NCBI GenBank assembly: GCA_016871515.1
Contig: VHDE01000005.1
Span: 21,191 to 85,190 of the forward strand
Length of the DNA stretch: 64,000 nt
Reading direction: 5' to 3'
Source of the DNA: Verrucomicrobiota bacterium
GTDB taxonomy: Bacteria > Verrucomicrobiota > Verrucomicrobiia > Limisphaerales > SIBE01
The position numbers were made by a program, and so were the translations under genes. Shown here one piece after another: positions 1-9,639 of this stretch. Numbering within the stretch: position 1 is the first letter of the stretch; every line of letters begins with the position of its first letter. Under the pieces are notes generated by a model. That model was not told the DNA's origin. It worked only from the letters and a program-made list of their open reading frames with translations, and did not search any database.

Positions 1-551
1 GCCGCTGCCGCGCTTGTGGCTATAACTGACGCCGGTACTGTCCCTTTATCCAGCCGAATATCTCCGATGGCGTCAGCATCCACATAGTTCGCGGTTGCTC
101 CTAAAGAAGGTGGCGCGTTAAAGCCCTGAACACGAAAACCCTGGTTGGTCACAAGAAAACCGCTGCTGTCCGTCCGGAAATCTCCCGCGCGCGTGGCGAA
201 CACCTCAAGGGTCAAAGGATTTTTCACGATGAAAAAACCATCGCCGCTGATGGCAAGGTCTGTATGGACGCCCGTCTGATTGACCGCGCCCTGAGTGAAT
301 GAATTCTTTATAGCGGCTAACTCGACGCCATTACCCAACTGGATTGCGGAAACTCCGGAAACCCCGCCAGCGCCCCCGCCGCCCGAATCCGGTGTGGCCG
401 CGCGCAATGTTTGGAGCAGCGTGTCAGCAAATTCAACCCGGCCCGCTTTGTAACCGATGGTATTAATGTTTGCGAGGTTATTGCCGATGACATCGAGACT
501 GGTCTGAAACTGTCTGACGCCAGTTACACCGCTATTAAGTGAGCGAAGCAT
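1..551 (-). CDS. flgE: Flagellar hook protein FlgE, N-terminal part (gene runs off the left edge)
   Basis: Not in the ORF track because there is no stop inside the window. My translation of the reverse strand from the ATG at 551-549 gives MLRSLNSGVTGVRQFQTSLDVIGNNLANINTIGYKAGRVEF...ISGDGFFIV, the conserved rod/hook N-terminal motif. It lies directly after flgD. Confidence 0.85.
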   Translation of the reverse strand, partial: MLRSLNSGVTGVRQFQTSLDVIGNNLANINTIGYKAGRVEFADTLLQTLRAATPDSGGGGAGGVSGVSAIQLGNGVELAAIKNSFTQGAVNQTGVHTDLAISGDGFFIVKNPLTLEVFATRAGDFRTDSSGFLVTNQGFRVQGFNAPPSLGATANYVDADAIGDIRLDKGTVPASVIATSAAA

Positions 552-579
552 AGTTGTCTTATGGTTTAGGTTTCTGTTT

Positions 580-1005
580 TCAGTTTTGGTTCGCCGGACG
601 AATGCTTATGATATCGTTCAAATCAAACGCCTGTTCACCGATCAGGATTTTGGGATTGTCTCCATCCATTTCCAATCCCTTCACAACACCGGTTACAGGA
701 CTGGCATCACCAGACTGAACCTGAACGACACGATCCAGCAAAGACATGCCACGAAGCAGCTGTTGTTGCGCTCTCATCTGGGCGATGTCCGACTGCATGT
801 TTTTCGTTTGCTCCAGGGTGGTAAATTGGGTCATCTGCGCGATGAACTCCGTATCCGTCCGCGGTTTCAGCGGATCCTGATTGGTCATTTGCGCAACCAC
901 CAACTTCAAAAAATCGTCCTGGTTCAGCAGCTTCGTCGGAATTCGGCTTTGCTCGCCGATGTTCGACTTGACTACGTCGTTCGTGATTGGAGGAGTGGCT
1001 ATCAT
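580..1005 (-). CDS. flgD: Flagellar hook assembly/capping protein FlgD
   Basis: 141-aa ORF. The segment LLNQDDFLKLVVAQMTNQDPLKPRTDTEFIAQMTQFTTLEQ is the FlgD N-terminal signature. It sits between fliK and flgE. Confidence 0.85.
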   Translation of the reverse strand: MIATPPITNDVVKSNIGEQSRIPTKLLNQDDFLKLVVAQMTNQDPLKPRTDTEFIAQMTQFTTLEQTKNMQSDIAQMRAQQQLLRGMSLLDRVVQVQSGDASPVTGVVKGLEMDGDNPKILIGEQAFDLNDIISIRPANQN

Positions 1006-1009
1006 GAGG

Positions 1010-3475
1010 TTAGGCCCATGTCTCTAAAACTTGATTGGGTCGCGCTGGTGAATTGGTGCGCGCCGGTGTGGCAAACGCAGGCTTTTGTGATTCGGCCCGC
1101 CGTTGAGCAAAGTCCCGGGCTGTTTCCGCAAATTCGCGCGCATACTCGAAATCATTTGCCGCCTGCCGCTGCCCGTTCGAGTTCGAGTTTGTGCTGTACT
1201 GGTTAGATTGAGTTTCTGCTCCGGCGCCACTACCCACTTCCAACGCCTTGAGCTGAACACCGCGCTCCGCGAGCGATGCTTGAAGTTCGGACCATTGCGG
1301 CGCAACTGCGTCCCAGTTACCACTCTCCAGAGTGGCCTGAACGATCAGTTGCTCATCTCGCATCTTGATCTGAAGGTTCAAATGAGTTTCGCGATCTGGA
1401 CGAATGGTCACCACCCAATCTTCGCGACTAGTGGCACGGAACCGCTCGACAGCAGACCAAATTTCATCAGTCAACCTAAACTGAGTTACCGACCCGATCT
1501 GCTCTGAATCAATCGACGCGGGCTCCGAGATCGTTTGCATCTCACCATTGCCCGAGGGGTTGAACAGCGAAACGTCGACAATTCGCGATTCGCCGCTTTC
1601 AATTCTTACGGAACGCATCCCGCCGCGCGCGGCGGCCTCGCTGAGGCCCGAGTTGCCGTCATTTTTGCCGACGCTAGGAATATTTTTCCCAAGCGTCTCA
1701 ATTACGGTCTCGCTGTTCGCGGCTAAAGCCATTGCGGAATCTTGTTGAGCATCTAGTGTGCCGCTGGAGGAAACCCTCGTGGCAACGTTTGTTTCGCGCT
1801 GAGGCGCATGTGTTCGCAACGCCGGACGCGCCTCGAATTGTTCCGGCCCTGGCAAAATATTCGGACCAACATCGGGAAAAAGCTCCCTGGACTCTGGCTG
1901 AGCTCCTGAAGAAAGCACAACGCCAGCCTCGGGCGCATCGGATGCATTCTGCTCGGCGCCGCCAAGAGTTGCGCTCGCGGGCCGTCGCACGAACCCTGCT
2001 TCGTCGATCTGCTGTGGAGTATATCGTTCCGACGTCCCCGCGGATGAAGGCCGAATCGGAACGTCGTTCGCCAAAGTCGGACGGGAGGCGCTAATCGCTT
2101 GATCAAGTTTGTTGCCGTCGCCCGAAGCCCCTGGTTGAACAAAGGCGCTCGCGTCTTTCGACATCAATTGAACCTTGGACGCGGTGAGTTCTTGAACAGA
2201 AGAATCGGCTCCCTTATTAGGGATAACGCCGGGCTTAACCGTTGTTGATTCATTGATCGATGCACCTTGGCCGGAGGGCGTGGGACGCCCTGAGAAGCCA
2301 GCTTGGTAACGGGGCGCGGACGAAACGTCAAGTTGCTGAGCCACTCTTTGAATAGTTTGTTCGACGCCTTGCTGGACGCGATATTCGGACTTGATAACAT
2401 TTGGCGTCGCCTGACTTTCCAAATGCTGCGGCGCGGTCGGACGCGAGACAATCTTCGCTGCGCGAGCGCTCAACGAAACGGAACCCTGTGTGCCTAACGC
2501 AGGTGTGAACTCGCTCCGCAAGGTTTGACTTTGCGTGCTGATCTCAGAACCGATGATTTCCCGCGAGGAAAGAGCAGTTCGCACCGAATCCGTCGGGCGC
2601 CTTAATCCGGCCATGACGCGGCGTGCTGGAGTTAATTCTTCAACGGGCGCAGCATTCGGCTCGATTGCGGAAGTCACATATGTTCTCGCTTCGCGTGCTG
2701 CTTGAGAGTTTCTCGACGCCTTCTGCAACTCAGGCGCAGTGCCGCTTGGCGCAAGGGGTGTTTTCTCACGGACCGAGATGCTCGCCGTTGGTTTCGCATC
2801 GACTGCTGGCATCGGCATGGCAGTAGAAGTGCGTTCCAATACTTGCGGCTCGCGCGCATTAACGACGTTGTCGATTTGGCTGGTTCCCGAAACCGGTTGG
2901 AGTGACTCGCCCTGAGTTGGTTCGCCGGCGTTTGAACCTGCCGTCGGCCGGGGCAAATCGAGATTGATCTTCGGCGGCTCGGCGAGAACGACCAACGCAT
3001 TTGCTTGTGCCGCCTGCGTAATGGGATCAACCGGCGCTGGATTCAGGAGTTCGCGCGATTCCAACGCCGCCAAATGAGGTTCTTGTTCAGCGTGCTCGCG
3101 CTCCGAGGCGCCAAAACTCATGACCGTTGTCTCATTCCCACCCGCAGTTGCTGCAACGCTTACGGGCGCCGTTAAACTCAGTGCTATTGTTGCCGGATCC
3201 GGCAATTCTTCAGGGCGCGAACTTGTCGCTGAAATTCGTGGCCCTTGAATGCTGACAAAGTTTGCGTTGAAAGCCAAAGAGGAAGCGGCGGCTTTGCCTG
3301 GTGGCGCCTTTTCAATCATCAAAAGATCGGAAGAGGTGGCCGGCAAGGAAACCCCGAGCACTGCTTCAAATGAGGCCGCTGGTTCTAAGCCCGACGCTGC
3401 CGCGGGTACTGCCCCAATCGAGAGCAGGTCTTCGCCCGCGGGCGCGGGAGGATTGCTGAGGGAAAAGATATTCAT
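1010..3475 (-). CDS. fliK: Flagellar hook-length control protein FliK (unusually long, 821 aa)
   Basis: Ser/Pro/Ala/Thr-rich low-complexity body. The C-terminal region (WVVTIRPDRETHLNLQIKMRDEQLIVQATLESGNWDAVAPQWSELQASLAERGVQL) resembles the FliK/Flg_hook C-terminal domain. It sits between the ylxF-like gene and flgD, and its ATG overlaps the upstream stop (ATGA at 3472-3475). Confidence 0.7.
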   Translation of the reverse strand: MNIFSLSNPPAPAGEDLLSIGAVPAAASGLEPAASFEAVLGVSLPATSSDLLMIEKAPPGKAAASSLAFNANFVSIQGPRISATSSRPEELPDPATIALSLTAPVSVAATAGGNETTVMSFGASEREHAEQEPHLAALESRELLNPAPVDPITQAAQANALVVLAEPPKINLDLPRPTAGSNAGEPTQGESLQPVSGTSQIDNVVNAREPQVLERTSTAMPMPAVDAKPTASISVREKTPLAPSGTAPELQKASRNSQAAREARTYVTSAIEPNAAPVEELTPARRVMAGLRRPTDSVRTALSSREIIGSEISTQSQTLRSEFTPALGTQGSVSLSARAAKIVSRPTAPQHLESQATPNVIKSEYRVQQGVEQTIQRVAQQLDVSSAPRYQAGFSGRPTPSGQGASINESTTVKPGVIPNKGADSSVQELTASKVQLMSKDASAFVQPGASGDGNKLDQAISASRPTLANDVPIRPSSAGTSERYTPQQIDEAGFVRRPASATLGGAEQNASDAPEAGVVLSSGAQPESRELFPDVGPNILPGPEQFEARPALRTHAPQRETNVATRVSSSGTLDAQQDSAMALAANSETVIETLGKNIPSVGKNDGNSGLSEAAARGGMRSVRIESGESRIVDVSLFNPSGNGEMQTISEPASIDSEQIGSVTQFRLTDEIWSAVERFRATSREDWVVTIRPDRETHLNLQIKMRDEQLIVQATLESGNWDAVAPQWSELQASLAERGVQLKALEVGSGAGAETQSNQYSTNSNSNGQRQAANDFEYAREFAETARDFAQRRAESQKPAFATPARTNSPARPNQVLETWA

Positions 3476-4182
3476 TTCTTCAATGGTAGCTGCGGCCTCG
3501 GAGCAAGCGTGCGCATCTTCTCGATTATCTCTGTGGCCTTATTTACATCATTCGACCCGAAGACTTGGAGAATTGCCGCCTGCTCTTTGTGATCCATCCA
3601 ATGCAGAATTCTGGCGACTTCATTGACCGAGGGATAATTCTTCAAGATCGTCATGGCGTTGGTGGGCGCCATGGCTGCAAACACTCGGGAGAAGCCTCGG
3701 AGCGCGTTTGTCTCGCTGCTCTCCATGATCGTTCTCTCCCGGGTCAGAGCCTCGTCCAGGGCTGCTTTCGCCTGCCACACTTGTTGAGTGATGATCCCCA
3801 GGTGTTCCTTTTCCAATAACAACTGTCGCTCCATGTTCTTCAGCGTTTTCTCGTATTCGAGCAGTTCCGCCTTCTCCTGTTGAAGCTCGATCCGCAGTTG
3901 GACCAGCTCTGGATTATTAAATGTCAGTGAACCGGGTTCGCCAGCTTGTGTGCTGCTTGGCGCAAGCGGCGCTACAATCGGTGGCTTCGCGACGACCTCT
4001 TCAGCATGCGCATGCGTGTTGGTGTCGGTGTGCGCAGACGCGGCGGGCGCATTCGTACCGGTCGCAGCATTTGCCCCTCCGGGCGGCGCCTCGTCGGGTT
4101 TCCACAAAATGACAATCGTCACCAGAAACGCGATCATTCCCAGGACTGCCACAGACCATTTAGATGTCAGCAGCTTATTCAT
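3472..4182 (-). CDS. Flagellar-operon membrane/coiled-coil protein with MgtE-N-like C-terminal domain (YlxF/FlbB position)
   Basis: 236 aa with an N-terminal TM helix (VAVLGMIAFLVTIVILW) and a coiled-coil middle. The C-terminal helical segment is AMAPTNAMTILKNYPSVNEVARILHWMDHKEQAAILQVF. It occupies the slot between fliJ and fliK that ylxF holds in the B. subtilis fla/che operon. Confidence 0.5.
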   Translation of the reverse strand: MNKLLTSKWSVAVLGMIAFLVTIVILWKPDEAPPGGANAATGTNAPAASAHTDTNTHAHAEEVVAKPPIVAPLAPSSTQAGEPGSLTFNNPELVQLRIELQQEKAELLEYEKTLKNMERQLLLEKEHLGIITQQVWQAKAALDEALTRERTIMESSETNALRGFSRVFAAMAPTNAMTILKNYPSVNEVARILHWMDHKEQAAILQVFGSNDVNKATEIIEKMRTLAPRPQLPLKK

Positions 4183-4188
4183 ACCAGT

Positions 4189-4647
4189 TTATCTCCATCT
4201 CATCGCGAGATTGCCGATGGACTTCAACGTAGCAAACTCATCGGATGTTCTTTGCTCCGCTTTGCTCGCTTCGGCCAGGTGACTGGCACGTTGTTTGTCA
4301 TGTAGTTTTTCAATGACTTCGCGCTTTTGCCGGGCTTCCAACAGCGCTTTCGACTTGTCAGCCAGAATCGCTTCCGCAGCTTGCAATTCCACCTGGCACC
4401 GCCGCAGCGCCTCATGCAACGCTCGCAGCCCTTGCTGCATCACTTGAATCTCTTCCGAACTAGCGACTCGGCTCAAACGCTCGCGCCGCTGATTATAAAC
4501 TCCTTCAATCTCCGATAGTATCCCGCGCTTTCGCGTCGCGATTTGCTCGACTTGAGCCTGAGCTCGACTAAACGCTTCCAAAGCCTTCTGTTCCTGGCTG
4601 ACCCGCACCGTTCGGACAGCCTGGAGTGGAAAACGAAACGGTTTCAT
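4189..4647 (-). CDS. fliJ: Flagellar export chaperone FliJ (short start chosen)
   Basis: From the ATG at 4647 the product is MKPFRFPLQAVRTVRVSQEQKALEAF...EQRTSDEFATL, all coiled coil and FliJ-like, directly after fliI. The longer track ORF (to 4743) would translate a palindromic repeat element, so I rejected that extension. Confidence 0.65.
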   Translation of the reverse strand: MKPFRFPLQAVRTVRVSQEQKALEAFSRAQAQVEQIATRKRGILSEIEGVYNQRRERLSRVASSEEIQVMQQGLRALHEALRRCQVELQAAEAILADKSKALLEARQKREVIEKLHDKQRASHLAEASKAEQRTSDEFATLKSIGNLAMRWR

Positions 4648-4669
4648 GACGGAAACGCTCTCCTCTCGT

Positions 4670-4736
4670 AGGACAGGCGTCCCGCCTGTCCAGCATCTGC
4701 GCACACCAAAAGCTGGACAGGCGGGACGCCTATCCT
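4670..4736. repeat. REPIN-like inverted hairpin doublet, family A (unit GGACAGGCG-N3-CGCCTGTCC)
   Basis: aggacaggcgtcccgcctgtcc (4670-4691) and ggacaggcgggacgcctatcct (4715-4736) are reverse complements with one mismatch. Each unit is itself a 9-bp-stem hairpin. The element lies in the 118-nt gap between fliI and fliJ. Confidence 0.85.
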
Positions 4737-4765
4737 GCAACACAGGTTCACTGAGAGGGGAGCAT

Positions 4766-6151
4766 TCATTTATTAGCCCGCTTCATGTTATCGGCCGGTG
4801 GTGGCGCCGGAGGGGCCATCACTTGAGTCAGCGTTTGCCAGCTCGCCGCGGTGGTGCTGCTTTCCGTGACCTGCTGCCGCAAGAACTCCATAATGGGGAC
4901 TTGCAATCGAATCGCTTGATCGATTACGGGATTGCTCCCAGCGACATAGGCGCCAATCGTAATTAAATCCTGATTCTTGCGGTAAACAGCCAGGGCTTCG
5001 CGCGCGTAACCGGCCAGCTCGATTTGTTGAGGGCTCAAGAGATCGCGCGTCAACCGGCTTACGCTCGCTAAAATGTCGATAGCGGGATAATGATTCAGCG
5101 CGGCTAGTTCCCGTGTCAGCACCAAATGTCCGTCCAAAATCGAACGCGTTGAATCCGCGATTGGATCGTTCATGTCGTCGCCTTCCACCAGGACAGTAAA
5201 GAGACCGGTCATCGAACCGTTTTCGTCGTTCCCAGCCCGCTCTAACAATTGTGGCAGAAGCGCGAAAACAGACGGCGTATAGCCGCGCGAGGTTGGCGGC
5301 TCGCCCACGGCTAAACCTATTTCGCGCTGAGCCATGGCGAAGCGCGTCACCGAATCCATCATCAGCAATACATTCTTGCCCTCGGCGCGGAAAAACTCCG
5401 CCACAGTCATAGCAAGGAAAGCCGCGCGAATACGCACGAGTGCCGGCTGATTTGAAGTGGCCACAATCACAACCGATTTGGCGCGTCCCGCCGAATCCAA
5501 GTCCCTTTCGAGAAATTCGCGCACTTCCCGGCCTCGTTCGCCAATCAGCGCGATCACGTTCACGTCCGCCTCCGCTCGGCTGGCCATCATGCCCAACAAA
5601 GTGGATTTCCCCACGCCGCTGCCGGAAAAAATGCCCATACGCTGGCCTCGTCCGCAGGGGACAAACGTATCGATGGCTTTGATGCCAGTTTGAAACTGCT
5701 GCGAAATGCGGTCGCGCTTGAGAGGATGCGGCGGCGCGAGATTGAGTTCTTCGAGCGGGATGGTCGGAATTGGGCCAAGATCGTCGATGGGATTGCCTAA
5801 TCCATCGATCACCCGTCCTTTGAGTTCGGAGCCGACTGGCACTCGCAAACGCGACCCGGTGGCGATGACTTGGCTGCCGGGATAGATGCCATGAACCTCG
5901 CCAAGCGGCATGAGCAGGAGATGTTCGTTCCTAAACCCGACTACTTCGGCGAGAACGCCTTCGGGAGTGGAACTTGATTCGATACGGCAAATATCACCAA
6001 TGGCTGACATCGGGCCGCGCGACTCAATCACAAGGCCGATCATTTGGATAACCCGTCCGTGGCGTTCCAAGAGGGAAGTGGAACGCAATCGCGTGCGCGC
6101 GTGTTGAATTAACGGCGACGTTCGACTGGCTTCATCAACCAGATTGATCAT
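4766..6151 (-). CDS. fliI: Flagellum-specific ATPase FliI
   Basis: 461 aa with Walker A GSGVGKST and an F1/T3SS-ATPase-like core (LLMMDSVTRFAMAQREIGLAVGEPP). It overlaps fliH by 4 nt. Confidence 0.95.
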   Translation of the reverse strand: MINLVDEASRTSPLIQHARTRLRSTSLLERHGRVIQMIGLVIESRGPMSAIGDICRIESSSTPEGVLAEVVGFRNEHLLLMPLGEVHGIYPGSQVIATGSRLRVPVGSELKGRVIDGLGNPIDDLGPIPTIPLEELNLAPPHPLKRDRISQQFQTGIKAIDTFVPCGRGQRMGIFSGSGVGKSTLLGMMASRAEADVNVIALIGERGREVREFLERDLDSAGRAKSVVIVATSNQPALVRIRAAFLAMTVAEFFRAEGKNVLLMMDSVTRFAMAQREIGLAVGEPPTSRGYTPSVFALLPQLLERAGNDENGSMTGLFTVLVEGDDMNDPIADSTRSILDGHLVLTRELAALNHYPAIDILASVSRLTRDLLSPQQIELAGYAREALAVYRKNQDLITIGAYVAGSNPVIDQAIRLQVPIMEFLRQQVTESSTTAASWQTLTQVMAPPAPPPADNMKRANK

Positions 6152-6816
6152 TCGTTAACTGCCTTCTTCAGCATCTCAATCTTTGTCTCGCGACGGGCAT
6201 CCAGTTCGCCGAACTTGGTTTCGATCAAACAGCCGCCGCGGCCCATTTTCGGATCAGGCCGGAATCGGATCACCGGATAAGCGCCCGCTCGATTCAGAAG
6301 GCTGGATTGATGCTGTTCGAGCAACGCCAAATCGTCGGGATTCAGAATAATCGTCACTTCGGTATCCTGCTCGACATGATTCATGGCCTCCGTGACGTAG
6401 GCTTCCACCATGTCAGCCGAAATCGGAATCCCAGCCGTCAACTTGATCGCTGCTTCGGCGGCGAGCATGATCAAGTGTTTTTCGAGCGACTTGAAAGTCT
6501 CAGCCATCTGTTGATGGACGTTTCGGTTCAATGCTTCAAGAGCCTCAAGCACCTCATTGCGATGGCTGGCTTCCCACTCGGATCGCAGCGTTTCCATCTG
6601 GCGGCTGAAATTATCTTCCGCTTCCTTCTTGCCTCGCTCATATCCAGCGCGCTCGCGGGCTTGAAGCGCTTCGTCATTGTCGGGATGCAGATCAATCCGG
6701 GGCGCGCTTTTGGCCAGGTGGCCATTTCCGTTGCCATTCGACCGAGGCTTGAACCCCACCACGCGGATGTCGCGCAGAGGCCCGAGAATTGAAACGTTAT
6801 TCGCAATCTTTACCAT
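6148..6816 (-). CDS. fliH: Flagellar assembly protein FliH
   Basis: 222 aa with a charged coiled-coil N-terminal half and a FliH-like C-terminal half (GIPISADMVEAYV...GGCLIETKFGELDARRETKIE). It lies between fliG and fliI. Confidence 0.75.
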   Translation of the reverse strand: MVKIANNVSILGPLRDIRVVGFKPRSNGNGNGHLAKSAPRIDLHPDNDEALQARERAGYERGKKEAEDNFSRQMETLRSEWEASHRNEVLEALEALNRNVHQQMAETFKSLEKHLIMLAAEAAIKLTAGIPISADMVEAYVTEAMNHVEQDTEVTIILNPDDLALLEQHQSSLLNRAGAYPVIRFRPDPKMGRGGCLIETKFGELDARRETKIEMLKKAVNE

Positions 6817-6818
6817 AA

Positions 6819-7847
6819 CTAGGATCCTCCGGAATCAAGGGAAATCTCACCCTCGGCTTCCAATTTTCTAACGATGTCAATGATGCTGTCCTGGGCTTGC
6901 TCGATCTCGCGCAACGTAACGCGGCCCAGGTTGGAAATTTCGTCGATGACCGTATCGGCAGCGCGCTTCGAGATGGATCCGAGCAAGGAGCCGCGGAGGT
7001 TCTCGTTTGCGGCGCTAAGGGCAATAGCCAGGCTGGATGGATCAACTTCACGCAGAATCTTCTGCAGGCTCTTGTTATCCAATGTCACCAAGTCGTCGAA
7101 GGTGAACATCTTCATGCGAATCGACCGCACTAATTCCGGCGTGCGCTCGTCCAGCTTGTTCAGAATGTTTTGGCGAGCCGCCTTGGCCATGACGTTGAGG
7201 ACCGCTGCCGCTGATTTGACGCCGCCTGTTTGGTTCAACGCGCGCGACATCTTCGCGCCGATCTTCTTGGAAAGGACTTCGCCGACGGTTTCCACCACTT
7301 CGATGGGTGTCGATGAAAGCGTGGCCAGCCGTTCAACAACCTGCTCGCCTAGGTGTTCGGAAAGATTGAGCAACACTTCCGAACCTTTCTGAGCGGTCAA
7401 ATAACTAATCACCAGCGCGATGGTTTGCGGTTGTTCCTCTTTGATGAGATTGACGATAGCCAGCGGCTCCATGTCAATGATCTGCTGCATGGTTGCCACA
7501 GAAGTTCGATTGCCAGCGCCGACACGGCCCATGATTTCAGAAGCCTTGAAGAGTCCAACTGATTTTTCCAGCACGGCTCGCGTATATTCAGCGCTGCCGC
7601 CTAACGCGGCGTTGGCTTGCAGCGCCATCTCGGTGAACTCTTTGAGCACCGCCGTCTGTTGATCGAGGTTCATGAGCGGCAAATTCGCCATCTCAGCCGA
7701 GATCAGCTCACGCTCGTTGTCATCAAAGCTTTTGAGCATGATGCTCGCGCTGTCCTCACCCAATAGAATAAGGAGCGCCGCCAGTTTCTGAATCTGCGTC
7801 ATGCCTTTCTGGGCAACCCCAGTATCTCGTTGCAGTTCGGCTTTCAA
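6819..7847 (-). CDS. fliG: Flagellar motor switch protein FliG
   Basis: 342 aa with typical FliG segments (QKLAALLILLGEDSASIMLKSFDDNE; MFTFDDLVTLDNKSLQKILREVD). Confidence 0.95.
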   Translation of the reverse strand: MKAELQRDTGVAQKGMTQIQKLAALLILLGEDSASIMLKSFDDNERELISAEMANLPLMNLDQQTAVLKEFTEMALQANAALGGSAEYTRAVLEKSVGLFKASEIMGRVGAGNRTSVATMQQIIDMEPLAIVNLIKEEQPQTIALVISYLTAQKGSEVLLNLSEHLGEQVVERLATLSSTPIEVVETVGEVLSKKIGAKMSRALNQTGGVKSAAAVLNVMAKAARQNILNKLDERTPELVRSIRMKMFTFDDLVTLDNKSLQKILREVDPSSLAIALSAANENLRGSLLGSISKRAADTVIDEISNLGRVTLREIEQAQDSIIDIVRKLEAEGEISLDSGGS

Positions 7848-7854
7848 ACTTCGC

Positions 7855-9579
7855 TTAGGTTAACTCGCCTTCGTTGGCTTTGCGGCTCATCCAGCTCCGG
7901 GCAGCTTGACTCATCTTGGCCGGGTTCTCACGGATCAATTGCTTCAACACTTCAATGGTGATCCGTTCAGGCGCTTGCTGGCCTAACCCAAAGTCCATGA
8001 CCAATTTAGACTTAGCAGCCTGCAGCTCCTCGACATCTTCATCCTGAGGCATGATCTCTCCCACTTGCGCAAGCGGGCCCTCAGAAGCCGTTTGCACGAC
8101 GGCCGACGGCAACGCCATACCGGGCTGCGCGACCGCAGCTTCATACAATATTTGGCCGCCCACGAGCTGGCCAACCGGAATTCCAGTGGGGAGGAGTTCT
8201 TCGCTCGAATTCTTCACCAATCGCCAGAAGGCAATCAGCGCGGCAATTCCGAGCAGGGCATACAGCAAGCTCTTGCCAGCTCGCCAAATCATTTCGGTCT
8301 GGCGCGATGTATCCATTTCCGTTTCAATCTCCTTGACCTTCCTTTCATTGAAGCTGACCCCGAACAATGCAACTTCAGTGGCATCAGCGGGCAATCCCAA
8401 CGCGTTAAGAACTGCTGTCTTCAGGTTGGTGAGGTTGGTCTCGATCATGAGGCTCGGGTTCTCGTTTGTATTGACAAAGACCGACGCGGAGACACGTTTA
8501 AGCCAGCCCGCTATTTGCGTGATATTGGACCTGTTAATGCCGACGAGATATTCCCTTTGCGTGTCGCTCATCGTCTTCTTGTTGCTCATGATCGGCATTG
8601 CGGGATTATTCGTATCAGTATTTGAATTCGTTGGCGTCCCGGGAATGCCACTGGGATTGGGCGAAACCGAATCGGTCGTCTCGTCACGGATGGTTTCCGT
8701 CTTCGCAATGCCCTTGCCTTCCGGCCCAGGCTCGTAAGTCTGGACCTCCTTCGTTATGCTCTCCGTGCTGAGCTCTGCCGAAATAGCAACGACCACCTGC
8801 TCTGGGCCAACCACGCGTTCGAGAAAGCCTTTCACCTTATCCATTAAATACTTTTCGTAACTTCGAAGCGCCCCTAACTGGGTGCTGCTCAAGGATCCCA
8901 AGGATCCGTCCTCGCTTGTGTCCGTCAGCGAATTGCCTGCAGAATCAACGACGCTCACATTGTTAACCTTCAACCCCTCTACGGCGCTGGCAACAAAGCT
9001 GCGAATCGCGCCAACCGTTCTAGCGTCAAGCGTTTGCGTGCCGCGGGCGGTAATATGAACTGCGGCTGTCGTCTTTTTATTCGGATCCACGAGCAGCCGG
9101 TTTTCGGGTTGAACAATGAAAACACGCGATGATTCCACTCCCTCGAACTTGTTGATGGTCCGCTCCAATTCACCCTGCAAAGCGCGCGTGTAATTGGCCT
9201 GCTGCACAAAGTCCGACATCCCAAAACTTGGTTTGTCGAAAATCTCGAAGCCAATGCCGCCGACTTTAGGCATGCCTTTCATGGCAAGCTGGGCACGCAC
9301 TTCTGCAGTTTTCTCCTGGGGGACATAGATTGAACTGCCGCCATGACCGAGTTTAAAAGGTTGGCTGTTCGCTTCTAACTCAGCGATAATTTTGCCCGCT
9401 TCAACTGGGTCCAAGTGGCCATACACCAACTTGTACTCCGCGCGGCTCGTCCAAAAGATCAATAGTCCGAGTCCAACAAGGACGGCCAAACCCGACAACA
9501 CAATCACCACGCGCTGATTGATGCCGAGTTGGCTCCAAATCTTACTGAGCTGTTGACCTATTAGCTTTAAGGCGTGCAT
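7855..9579 (-). CDS. fliF: Flagellar MS-ring protein FliF
   Basis: 574 aa with an N-terminal TM, YscJ/FliF-like periplasmic domains, a second TM near residue 440 (LLYALLGIAALIAFW) and a C-terminal FliG-binding tail. Confidence 0.9.
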   Translation of the reverse strand: MHALKLIGQQLSKIWSQLGINQRVVIVLSGLAVLVGLGLLIFWTSRAEYKLVYGHLDPVEAGKIIAELEANSQPFKLGHGGSSIYVPQEKTAEVRAQLAMKGMPKVGGIGFEIFDKPSFGMSDFVQQANYTRALQGELERTINKFEGVESSRVFIVQPENRLLVDPNKKTTAAVHITARGTQTLDARTVGAIRSFVASAVEGLKVNNVSVVDSAGNSLTDTSEDGSLGSLSSTQLGALRSYEKYLMDKVKGFLERVVGPEQVVVAISAELSTESITKEVQTYEPGPEGKGIAKTETIRDETTDSVSPNPSGIPGTPTNSNTDTNNPAMPIMSNKKTMSDTQREYLVGINRSNITQIAGWLKRVSASVFVNTNENPSLMIETNLTNLKTAVLNALGLPADATEVALFGVSFNERKVKEIETEMDTSRQTEMIWRAGKSLLYALLGIAALIAFWRLVKNSSEELLPTGIPVGQLVGGQILYEAAVAQPGMALPSAVVQTASEGPLAQVGEIMPQDEDVEELQAAKSKLVMDFGLGQQAPERITIEVLKQLIRENPAKMSQAARSWMSRKANEGELT

Positions 9580-9639
9580 CCGCTTTTACTAAATTGTTTG
9601 CGTTTAAGCTTTCGTTAACTGCAAAGCAGCCTCACTGCC

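Noticed and set aside
586-9254. Numerous ORFs of 60-230 aa on both strands inside the flagellar operon (e.g. 586-1206, 6307-6792, 6874-7392, 8051-8737)
   Set aside because: Each overlaps a confidently identified flagellar gene in another frame or strand.
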